A DNA stretch of 64,000 nt from Pseudomonadota bacterium (GTDB taxonomy: Bacteria; Pseudomonadota; Gammaproteobacteria; Steroidobacterales; JBCBZW01): NCBI GenBank assembly GCA_039815145.1, contig JBCBZW010000007.1:1192-65191 (forward strand). The letters are read 5' to 3'. The notes under the pieces are model-generated. The model was not told where the DNA came from, made no database searches, and saw only the letters and a list, made by a program, of their open reading frames with translations. The stretch's first letter is position 1. Each line of letters starts with the position of its first letter. Shown piece by piece: positions 8,049 to 16,119 of the stretch. The translations under genes and the position numbers were made by a program.

Positions 8049-9437
8049 CTAGATAACCTTGGAGAAGCGCTGCGCGGTGGCGGCTTCGCGCAGGTAGCGG
8101 TCGAAGCACATGGCGATGGGGCGCAGGAGGAGCTGACCGCTGGCGGTTACCTCGATGTGCGCGTCCGTGAGGGTGACCAGGCCGTCGTCGGCCAGCGTTG
8201 CCAGGTCGCTCAGATCTTCCGCGAAGTACTCCGCGAAGGTGATCCCGTGATCGCGCTCGATGTCGCTGAAGCGTAGGTGCCCGTCGCACATCAGCGCCTG
8301 GATCACGTCGGCCCGCAGCACGTCATCGTTCGCCAGGGGCATGCCGCGCACGATGGGCAGGCGACCTGCGTTCACGGCCTCGCAGTACGCGTTGGTGTTC
8401 TTCTCGTTCTGGTAGAAGCTGTTGCCGACGTTACCGATGCCGCTCGCGCCGAGGCTGACCAGGTCACAGTGCGCGTGAGTGGAGTAGCCCTGGAAGTTGC
8501 GATGGAGATGACCCTCATCGCGGGCGCGCACCAGTTCGTCGTCGGCGAGGGCGAAGTGATCCATGCCGATGTACTCGTAGCCTGCATCGCACAGGCGCGA
8601 GATGGAGAGTTCCAGCAGGGCGAGCTTGTCCGCATCGCTCGGCAATTCGTCGGCGTTGATCAGCTCCTGGGCCTTGAACAGTTGCGGCATGTGGGCGTAG
8701 CTGTAGAGGGAGATGCGGTCGGGGCGGGCATCGATCACCGCGTCCAGCGTGTGGTCGAAGCGCGCGGCGGTTTGCAGGGGCAGGCCGTAGATGAGGTCTA
8801 CGGACACGGAGCGATAGCCTGTCGCGCGGGCCGCCTCGATCAGGGCGATCGTCTGATCGTAGGACTGCACCCGGTTGACGGCGCGCTGCACATCCGTATC
8901 GAAGTCCTGCACCCCGAGGCTCAGGCGGTTGAAGCCGAGGTCGGCGAGGGCGGCGATGCGCTCAGGCCCCACGGTGCGCGGGTCCACCTCGATGGAGCAT
9001 TGCAGGTGATCCGCGTCGGCGAAGGAGAAGTGCTCCCTGAGCTGGCCCATCAATAGCGTTAGCTGATCATCATCGTAGTAGGTCGGCGTACCGCCGCCGA
9101 GGTGCACCTGTTCCACCTGGCGGGTGTCCGCGTAGAGCGCGCCGTGCATGGCCGCCTCGCGCATCAGCGTGTCGAGATAGGCTGCGGCGCGCTTTTCGTT
9201 GCGCGTGACCACCTTGTTGCAGCCGCAGTAGTAGCAGAGCGATCGGCAAAAGGGCAGGTGCAGGTAGAGCGAGAGCGGGGCGGCGGCGCCCTGCGCATTG
9301 CTGGTGTGCGTGTAGCGTACGTAGTCTTCGCGCGTGAACGATTCGGTGAACTGTGGCGCCGTGGGGTAGGACGTGTAGCGCGGGCCACGTCCGCCGTGGC
9401 GGCGGATCAACTGAGCATCGAAGCGAACCTGGGTCAT
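8049..9437 (-). CDS. hemN: Oxygen-independent coproporphyrinogen III oxidase (radical SAM)
   Basis: 'GPRYTSYPTAPQF' and 'LYLHLPFCRSLCYYCGCN' (CxxxCxxC radical-SAM cluster). Start re-set to ATG 9437 (MTQVRFDAQLIRRHG). Confidence 0.9.
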   Translation of the reverse strand: MTQVRFDAQLIRRHGGRGPRYTSYPTAPQFTESFTREDYVRYTHTSNAQGAAAPLSLYLHLPFCRSLCYYCGCNKVVTRNEKRAAAYLDTLMREAAMHGALYADTRQVEQVHLGGGTPTYYDDDQLTLLMGQLREHFSFADADHLQCSIEVDPRTVGPERIAALADLGFNRLSLGVQDFDTDVQRAVNRVQSYDQTIALIEAARATGYRSVSVDLIYGLPLQTAARFDHTLDAVIDARPDRISLYSYAHMPQLFKAQELINADELPSDADKLALLELSISRLCDAGYEYIGMDHFALADDELVRARDEGHLHRNFQGYSTHAHCDLVSLGASGIGNVGNSFYQNEKNTNAYCEAVNAGRLPIVRGMPLANDDVLRADVIQALMCDGHLRFSDIERDHGITFAEYFAEDLSDLATLADDGLVTLTDAHIEVTASGQLLLRPIAMCFDRYLREAATAQRFSKVI

Positions 9438-9698
9438 GACCGAGTCAGTCCTTACGCGCAACGAGGGGAATGGCGCCATGCTATGTGCCCGCTCCATTCG
9501 CTCGACATTCGTAGATTTACCTACCGGCATGAAAGCGGAGGTGATTTATTGGTGGTGCGCAGTCGCTCGACGAGCTCGAAGTCGGGCCCTCGATTGAGGC
9601 TTCTACGTATAGCTGGGCGCGAGTGCGTTTTCCTACCATCGGCGCAGACCCACTAACGATAAAGCCGTCGATGGATCGGCGGCGATACAAGGCTCGCC

Positions 9699-10676
9699 AT
9701 GTCTACGCCAATCGCCCGAACGCGTGACGCCCTTGGGGAGTACCCCGCTGGGACCGTCACCAAGTCTCCCCTGTCCGCCGTCGGCGGCCTCCTGTTGCGC
9801 CCTAGAGGTGTTGTCCCCGCGGTGGAGTCGCTCGACGTCGATGCGATCATCGAAGAGGTCAAACGTCGCGGCGCGGTGATGTTGAAGGACTTCGCCTTTG
9901 ACGTCCCCGCCTTCGAACGCTTGTCGGATCGCTTCGCCTGCGAGTTCGTCGACAACCTCGGCAGCGGTTCCCTGCGCGAGACCGTGAACGGCGCGTCCGA
10001 CGGGACCATCCAGAATGTCGCCTACCGCTACGGCCAGGGGCGCCAGCGCACCTTCCCGCTGCCCCTGCACGCGGATCGCGCCTACGTGAAGTCCAAACCA
10101 CAGGCGATGTTCTTCTACTGCCAGCGCCCGGCCTCCCGTGGAGGCCAGACCACGGTGGCCGATGGCTTGAGCGTGTACGAGTGCCTGAGCGATCGAACCC
10201 GCGAGTTGTTCGATACCACGCGGGTGAAGTACATCCGCCACTATGGCGCCGACGAGTGGCCGTTGCTCTACCGCACCGCTGACTTGGATCAGGTGCGCGA
10301 GTACTGCGCCCGCAACGACATGACCCTGCGGGCCAACGCCGACGGCTCCATTCACACGGAGTTCGTCACCAGCGCGGTACCGCTCACGCGTTGGCAACGG
10401 CAACCGGCCTTCTGCAACAGCGTGCAGATCGGCTACTGGCAAGAACACACCCTGCAGCGAAAGATCAACTACGTACGCCTCGAGGATGATCGCGAGATCC
10501 CCGCAGCCGTGATGGCTGAGGTGGACGAGGTGAGCGCCGCGCTCACGGTCGAGGTGCCCTGGGCGAGCGGCGATCTGGTCATGGTGGATAACACCCGCAT
10601 GCTGCACGGTCGCCGTCGCTTCGATGACGAGCAGCGCGCCGTGCTGGTGCGTATGGCCGGGGAGGTGCACTGGTGA
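9699..10676 (+). CDS. TauD/TfdA-family Fe(II)/2-oxoglutarate dioxygenase
   Basis: 325 aa. 'PLPLHADRAY' (HxD iron ligands), 'FFYCQRPASRGGQTTVADG' and 'DNTRMLHGRRRF' (distal His/Arg) are typical of the clavaminate-synthase-like fold. Confidence 0.8.
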   Translation: MSTPIARTRDALGEYPAGTVTKSPLSAVGGLLLRPRGVVPAVESLDVDAIIEEVKRRGAVMLKDFAFDVPAFERLSDRFACEFVDNLGSGSLRETVNGASDGTIQNVAYRYGQGRQRTFPLPLHADRAYVKSKPQAMFFYCQRPASRGGQTTVADGLSVYECLSDRTRELFDTTRVKYIRHYGADEWPLLYRTADLDQVREYCARNDMTLRANADGSIHTEFVTSAVPLTRWQRQPAFCNSVQIGYWQEHTLQRKINYVRLEDDREIPAAVMAEVDEVSAALTVEVPWASGDLVMVDNTRMLHGRRRFDDEQRAVLVRMAGEVHW

Positions 10677-12184
10677 GCACCGTGTCGCCGTCCCTAACGA
10701 AAACGATAGATGAGGGAGTCCCTGCTGTGACGTCTTCGAATGCCGCTGAGTCCCTGCCCGCGTTTCGCTCGCCCACGGCGGGGGACATTCCCGGTCTGCT
10801 CCCGAGCACGACGGCGCCGGCGCCGCCCGCCCCGGTCGTGCAGCCGGACTACACGGCGGCACGCTCGATGCTGGACTTCATCGATCGCATGAGCGAACGC
10901 TTGCGCCCCGGCGCGCAGCGCTTCATCCAGGGCCTGGTGCCCGAGATCCGCGAGACCTATCGCGCCATGCACGTGGCCCTGGACCGCACCAGCGCCGATC
11001 TCGACGAAGTGCGCAGCGCCCTGGCCCTGCTGGCGGCGGGCACCGCACCCGAGCGAGCGGCAGGCGATGGTGCCGTGACGTTGCGAAGCGAACTCGCCGC
11101 GCCCGGCGAACCGCTGGATGACGACCTGGTGGAGGCGGCCTACGCGGGCATACTGACCCTCGCCGAGCGCCTGGGCGGCATGGGATCGGAACGCCTCGTT
11201 GAAGCGATCGAGACAATCGAGCTCGGGTTTCTGGCCCTGGAGAGCGCGTATCGCGAGCAGACCCAGCAGCTGGCCCAAGCGCGGGAGCGCTTGGCGCAGG
11301 GGTGGGCCAAGCGGGCCACGGCATTGCCTGGCCCGGACGACGCCCCGCCGCCGCCTGGCCTCGAGCAGATCAGCCAGTTCGGTCTCACGCCGGATCAGGT
11401 GAGCTTCTTCGAGGAGAACGGCTACGTCGGTCCCATCACGCTCTCCTCACCGCAGGAGATGGCGCGTATCCGACGCTGGATCGACCGCGCCGGTTTCTTG
11501 CACACGGCTTCCCCCATCTACGCCTCGGGATCTCCCCGCGGCTCGGCCGAGGCTCGCGATTGGCACCTGATCTACCCCGAGGTGCACGCGCTGTGCACCC
11601 ATCCGGCCATGGTGGCGGTGATGGAGGCGTTGCTCGGCCCGGATCTGCTCCTGTGGCGCTCCCAGTTCATGCGCAAGGAGGCAGGCGCGCCCGCCCTCGC
11701 GTGGCACCAGGACGGCTCCTTCCCTGGCGGCAAGATGATCCCAGCCTTGAACCCCGTGAAGACGGTCTCGGCCTGGCTCGCGATCGACTCGGCACAGGTG
11801 GATAACGGCTGCGTCTGGGTGGTGCCGGGCTCGCACAAGGGGGAGCTCGAGTACGAGCGTCGTGAGGCGAGCAAGGGGCAGGGCCTCTTCCATCGAGGCT
11901 TCGAAGTGCAGTACGCCATCCCCGAGGAGCAGGCCGTGCCCATGGTGCTCGAGCCGGGTCAGTTCATGGTCTTCGATTGCCAGACCCTGCACGGCTCCAG
12001 CCATAACCCTTCTCCCTGGCGTCGCCTGGGCCTCGCCGCGCGCTACACCAGCGCCGATGTGCGGGTGTACGAGGGGCAGGACGTGGACGGCCAGGGCTAC
12101 GCGCTCGACCGCTTCGGGTGCGTGCTCGTCGCCGGCGAAGATCGCTACGGCCACAACGTGATGGCGCAGGCCCCGAAGGCCTGA
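10673..12184 (+). CDS. PhyH (phytanoyl-CoA dioxygenase)-family oxygenase with ~240-aa unrecognised N-terminal extension
   Basis: GTG start overlaps the upstream TGA (GTGA, 10673-10676). C-terminal half has 'LTPDQVSFFEENGYVGP', 'WHQDGSF' and 'CQTLHGSSHNPS'. The N-terminal half is helical and Ala/Leu/Glu/Arg-rich with Pro-rich linkers. Confidence 0.75.
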   Translation: MSTVSPSLTKTIDEGVPAVTSSNAAESLPAFRSPTAGDIPGLLPSTTAPAPPAPVVQPDYTAARSMLDFIDRMSERLRPGAQRFIQGLVPEIRETYRAMHVALDRTSADLDEVRSALALLAAGTAPERAAGDGAVTLRSELAAPGEPLDDDLVEAAYAGILTLAERLGGMGSERLVEAIETIELGFLALESAYREQTQQLAQARERLAQGWAKRATALPGPDDAPPPPGLEQISQFGLTPDQVSFFEENGYVGPITLSSPQEMARIRRWIDRAGFLHTASPIYASGSPRGSAEARDWHLIYPEVHALCTHPAMVAVMEALLGPDLLLWRSQFMRKEAGAPALAWHQDGSFPGGKMIPALNPVKTVSAWLAIDSAQVDNGCVWVVPGSHKGELEYERREASKGQGLFHRGFEVQYAIPEEQAVPMVLEPGQFMVFDCQTLHGSSHNPSPWRRLGLAARYTSADVRVYEGQDVDGQGYALDRFGCVLVAGEDRYGHNVMAQAPKA

Positions 12185-12312
12185 GCTTTGATTAGGGCCC
12201 CTGGCAAAGGGTGGCTCCCCCGCGACGTCGAGGGGGCGAGCCCTCCGCGCGGTGCCCACCAAAACCGATAGGCCGGGCGCGCTCCCATCGAATAAGACAA
12301 AGGACGTGTCCC

Positions 12313-12651
12313 ATGCGCATGATGCTTTCTGCCGCGGCCCTCAGTGTGGCCGGTCTGCTTGCCGCGGGCAGTGCTTCCGCAGCCCTGTTCACCTACGACA
12401 ACAACGGCGGCACCTTCGGCAACGGCGGTTCCTTCAGCAACATCACCTCCACCTACGACGGCGCCAGCGAGCAGCTCACCTGGGTGGTCAGCGATGCCTC
12501 GCGCAATGGCCTGAGCATGGACGGCGCTTGGCTGGTGTTGAGCGACGGCCCGAACCCGAAGCGTGCAGACGTCAACGAGCTCGCCATCTTCTACATGGAC
12601 TTCGTGAACAACCGCATGGCCGTGTCAGGTGCGTGGCCCTTTTCATGGTGA
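12313..12651 (+). CDS. Small secreted hypothetical protein (Gly/Asn/Ser/Thr-rich)
   Basis: ATG 12313 with AAGGAC upstream. Signal peptide MRMMLSAAALSVAGLLAAGSASA/ALF. 112 aa, ending abruptly ('AVSGAWPFSW') 35 nt before the convergent gene. Confidence 0.5.
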   Translation: MRMMLSAAALSVAGLLAAGSASAALFTYDNNGGTFGNGGSFSNITSTYDGASEQLTWVVSDASRNGLSMDGAWLVLSDGPNPKRADVNELAIFYMDFVNNRMAVSGAWPFSW

Positions 12652-12685
12652 TGTCATCGCTCGTTTGGCGAGTAGGGAAGCCCCT

Positions 12686-14920
12686 TCAGGCGTTGCGCAG
12701 CTGCGGCGCGATCGGTAGCTCCCGCAAGCGCTTGCCCGTGGCGGCGAAGATCGCATTGGTCAGGGCGGGCGCCACGGCGGGTACGCCAGGTTCCCCCAAG
12801 CCGCCGGGGACATCTGCGCCGCGCAGGAAGTGCACCTCTTGCGTGGGCGCGTCCGCCAGCTTCAACAGGCGGTAGTCAGGGAAGTTGCGCTGCTGGATGC
12901 GGCCCTCGCGCACGGTGATCTCCCCGAACAGGGCAGCCGACAGGGCGAAGATCACCGAGCCGGTGATCTGCGCCCGAGCGGAGTCCGGGTTGATGACCAG
13001 GCCGCAATCGACGGCCGAGGTCACGCGATGCACCGTGACGTCGCCGCGCTCGTCGACGCTGGCTTCCGCCACCTGAGCAACGATGGTCTCGAAGCTCTTC
13101 ACCAGGGCCACGCCCCGCGCACGGCCGGGCGCCAGGGCGCTGCCCCATCCCGCGGCGTCGCCGGCCTTCTCCAGTACGGCGCGCATGCGTGGATCGCTCA
13201 GGTGGTCGAGGCGGAAGGCCAACGGATCCGCGCCGGCGGCGTGGGCCAGCTCGTCGATGAAGGACTCGTTGAAGAACCCGTGTTGGGTGAAGTCGACGGA
13301 GCGCCAGGCGCCGACGGCGATCGGGCTTGGACAGCGCACGCGGGCGATGTCGCGGGCGGGCACGTCGTAGGGCAGGGCGAAGGGCCGCTCCGAGTCGGGC
13401 ATACCGGCGTCGGTGTAGACGTAGCGGTTGACGAAGGCGCTGATGCGCCCGTCATCGCCCACGGCGCCCTGTAGCTTGGCGCTGATGGCGGGGCGATAGG
13501 TATCGTTGGTCATGTCGTTTTCGCGGGACCAGATCACCTTGACCGGCGCCGGTACGCGGGCTGCGATGCGAGCGGCGATGGTGACGTAGTCGAACTGCCC
13601 GCGACGGCCGAAGCCGCCCCCCAACAGGCGCTTGTGTACGGTCACCTGCGCCGGATCCAGGCCCAGCTCCTCGGCCACCGCATCCCTGGCGAAGGGGAAG
13701 TTCTGGTGGCCGACCCAGAGGTCCGCACCGTCCGGCCGGGCGTGCACCGTGCAGTTGAGGGGTTCCATGGTGGCGTGGGCCAGGTACGGCACCGCGTAGT
13801 CGGCTGCGAGCGCGGTGCCGGTGGCCATCGCGCTCGTCGCGTCACCCTCTCCATCGAGGGTCTGGAGCTTGCCTTGTTCGAGATCCTGCAGGTGTTGCGA
13901 ACGGATCTGTTCACTGGTGAGCGAGGGTTGGCCACCCTCCCAGCGAAGGGTCAGGTCCTGCAGGGCTTGGTTCGCCACCCAGTAGCCGTCGGCGACCACC
14001 GCCACCACGTCGCCGAGGTTGATGATGTCGCGAACGCCGGTCCGCGCGCGTGCCCGGGCGTCGTGCTCGATCACGGCGCGCGCATCGCGCACCTCGGGCA
14101 GGGCGATGGCGGCGTACACCATCCCCGGCACGGCGACGTCGATGCCGAACTGGGCGCTGCCATCCACCTTTGCGGACAGGTCCAGGCGCGTGACGGGCTG
14201 GCCGACCAGGGTGTAGTCGCTGGGCGCCTTGAGCGCCGGTTTGAGCGACGGGGAGTAGCGGGCCGCAGCGCTCGCCAACTCGCCGTAGGTGATCTGGCGG
14301 CCGCTGGGCGCGTGCATCACCTGGCTTGCCCGCGTGGTCAGTTGAGCGGGGTCGACCTCCCACAGGTCGGCCGCCGCTGCTACCAGCATCTCACGCGCAG
14401 CGGCGCCGGCGCGGCGCATGCCGTGATGGCCGGTCAAGCGAATGGCGGTGCTGCCCCCGGTGATCTGCCCGACCAGACCCTTGGCGATCTGCAGAAACGC
14501 AAAGTCGATCAGCGGGTACATGAAGCCGGGGATGGCGGGGGCCTCGCCGATGATGTAGCCGCGGCCGAGGTCGCTGTTGGTGTAGGCGTCAGTGGTCGGC
14601 GCGTCCTCGATGCTCACGGTCGCCCAATCCGCGTCGAGCTCTTCGGCTAGCATCTGCGCCAGGCCCGTACCCGCGCCCTGGCCCATCTCCGAGTGCGGGA
14701 TCAGGACGGTGAGCTGGTTGTCCGGCGTGAGCTTCACCCAGGTGTTGAGCAGCACCTGTTCACCCGCGGTGCTGCCCTCGCTGGTCATCTTCAGGCGGTT
14801 CGGCGCCAAGGTGATGCCGAGGGTCAGTCCGCCGCCGACGAGGCCCGCGGTGGCGAGGAAGCCGCGACGGGTCAGGCGCGCGAGCTTGCCTACGCCGGTG
14901 CCTTGCGCTTGCTCGCTCAT
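12686..14920 (-). CDS. Molybdopterin-binding hydroxylase large subunit (IorB / aldehyde oxidase-like), Tat signal
   Basis: Start re-set to ATG 14920: 'MSEQAQGTGVGKLARLTRRGFLATAGLVGGG' (twin-Arg). The rest matches xanthine dehydrogenase/aldehyde oxidase family beta subunits. ATGA overlap with the small subunit gene. Confidence 0.85.
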   Translation of the reverse strand: MSEQAQGTGVGKLARLTRRGFLATAGLVGGGLTLGITLAPNRLKMTSEGSTAGEQVLLNTWVKLTPDNQLTVLIPHSEMGQGAGTGLAQMLAEELDADWATVSIEDAPTTDAYTNSDLGRGYIIGEAPAIPGFMYPLIDFAFLQIAKGLVGQITGGSTAIRLTGHHGMRRAGAAAREMLVAAAADLWEVDPAQLTTRASQVMHAPSGRQITYGELASAAARYSPSLKPALKAPSDYTLVGQPVTRLDLSAKVDGSAQFGIDVAVPGMVYAAIALPEVRDARAVIEHDARARARTGVRDIINLGDVVAVVADGYWVANQALQDLTLRWEGGQPSLTSEQIRSQHLQDLEQGKLQTLDGEGDATSAMATGTALAADYAVPYLAHATMEPLNCTVHARPDGADLWVGHQNFPFARDAVAEELGLDPAQVTVHKRLLGGGFGRRGQFDYVTIAARIAARVPAPVKVIWSRENDMTNDTYRPAISAKLQGAVGDDGRISAFVNRYVYTDAGMPDSERPFALPYDVPARDIARVRCPSPIAVGAWRSVDFTQHGFFNESFIDELAHAAGADPLAFRLDHLSDPRMRAVLEKAGDAAGWGSALAPGRARGVALVKSFETIVAQVAEASVDERGDVTVHRVTSAVDCGLVINPDSARAQITGSVIFALSAALFGEITVREGRIQQRNFPDYRLLKLADAPTQEVHFLRGADVPGGLGEPGVPAVAPALTNAIFAATGKRLRELPIAPQLRNA

Positions 14921-15387
14921 GCGCCCAGTTCCCGGCGCTGCTTGGCGGCCGCGTGGATGGCGGGGCGCAGACGGTCGTAGGTGCCGCATCGACAGATGTT
15001 GGTGATGGCGGCGTCGATCTGCTCGTCCGAGGGCTCGGGGTGCTGGGCGAGCAACGCCTCCACCGCCATGATCATGCCGCTCTGGCAGTAGCCGCACTGG
15101 GGCACCTGATGGCTGAGCCAGGCCTCCTGCACCGCCGTGCGCGTGTCGAGCGAGCTGATGCCCTCGATCGTCGTGACCTGCGCGTTGGCGACTGCCTGCA
15201 CCGGGAGCACGCAGGTGCGCACAGCGTTGCCGTTCACGTGCATGGTGCACGCACCGCAGGCCGCGATGCCGCAGCCGAACTTGGTGCCCGTGAGGCCGAA
15301 GCGCTCGCGAACGGCCCAGAGCAAGGGCATCTGGGGGTCGCCGTCGAAGGAGACCGGGCGACCGTTCAGTTCGAAGGAAATCGACAT
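14917..15387 (-). CDS. (2Fe-2S)-binding small subunit of molybdo-hydroxylase (IorA-like)
   Basis: 156 aa. 'GCGIAACGACTMHVNG' and 'QCGYCQSGMIM...CRCGTY' are the two [2Fe-2S] motifs of this family. Confidence 0.9.
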   Translation of the reverse strand: MSISFELNGRPVSFDGDPQMPLLWAVRERFGLTGTKFGCGIAACGACTMHVNGNAVRTCVLPVQAVANAQVTTIEGISSLDTRTAVQEAWLSHQVPQCGYCQSGMIMAVEALLAQHPEPSDEQIDAAITNICRCGTYDRLRPAIHAAAKQRRELGA

Positions 15388-15414
15388 GCGGGCCTCTCCC
15401 GACGTGCTGAGGAT

Positions 15415-15434
15415 AAGCGGACGATAGTCCGTTT
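15415..15434. promoter_or_regulatory. Candidate TetR operator (imperfect palindrome) in divergent promoter region
   Basis: AAGCGGAC-GATA-GTCCGTTT (7/8 complementary half-sites), between the iorA-like start (15387) and the tetR-family start (15503). Confidence 0.4.
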
Positions 15435-15502
15435 AAGGTGGGTGATCAAGTCCTGGGGAACATCTTGCTGGAAGGGCTCGGCTCCCTCGTAGAATACGCG
15501 CC

Positions 15503-16117
15503 ATGCCTGCGACCGTGCCCACCCTCCCTTCGCTCCGCGCGTACGAGAGCTTGCCACCCGAACGAGCCGACGCGGCGGAGAACCGCCACGCGATCCTGCG
15601 CGCTGCGCAGGACTTGCTGCGTGAGCGGCCGCTGCAGGAGATCACCATGACTGACCTAGCAAGCGCTGCGGGCGTGGGTCAGGGCACCCTCTATCGCCGC
15701 TTCGAAAACAAGGCCATGTTGGCCAAGGCCCTGCTGCTCGAACGCCTCATGGCCCTCGATGCCGAGCTGCACGAACGCCGCGCCGCGGGCGATGCGCCGC
15801 GCCACCTATTGCATTGGTTCGTCGGTGATCTCGTGGAACTGGTGAGCTTGCAGGCCGATCTGGTGGCTGCCATCACCATGAAGGAGAACATGCTCGCCAA
15901 CTGGTGGACGCAGACGCCGCCGGCACGCTGGCTGGCGGCCGTCATGGCGATGCTGTACGACGCGGCGACCGGTGCATCTGGCGGCGAGGATTTCGCCTCC
16001 CTGGTGATGCCCGCCGTCATGGCCCTGGGCCCGGCCCACGGACGGCGTGAGGTGGCGACCGCCCGCGCACGCATCGCCCGCCTGGTCGATGCGATGCTCG
16101 CGCACCCGCAGGACTGA
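15503..16117 (+). CDS. TetR/AcrR-family transcriptional regulator
   Basis: N-terminal HTH 'ILRAAQDLLRERPLQEITMTDLASAAGVGQGTLYRRFENKAML'. Divergent from the Mo-hydroxylase operon. Confidence 0.85.
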   Translation: MPATVPTLPSLRAYESLPPERADAAENRHAILRAAQDLLRERPLQEITMTDLASAAGVGQGTLYRRFENKAMLAKALLLERLMALDAELHERRAAGDAPRHLLHWFVGDLVELVSLQADLVAAITMKENMLANWWTQTPPARWLAAVMAMLYDAATGASGGEDFASLVMPAVMALGPAHGRREVATARARIARLVDAMLAHPQD

Positions 16118-16119
16118 GC

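Noticed and set aside
9438-9698. FNR/Anr box (TTGAT-N4-ATCAA) expected upstream of hemN
   Set aside because: Only weak half-site-like fragments (such as GTGATTTATTGG) were seen, and nothing matches both half-sites.
9633-10862. 409-aa minus-strand ORF opposite the TauD-type gene
   Set aside because: Shadow ORF with low-complexity Arg/Ala/Gly/His composition.
12208-12240. GC-rich hairpin after the PhyH-type gene considered as a terminator
   Set aside because: The stem GGCTCCCCC/GGGGGCGAGCC is bulged and is not followed by a T-tract. It is not callable as a Rho-independent terminator.
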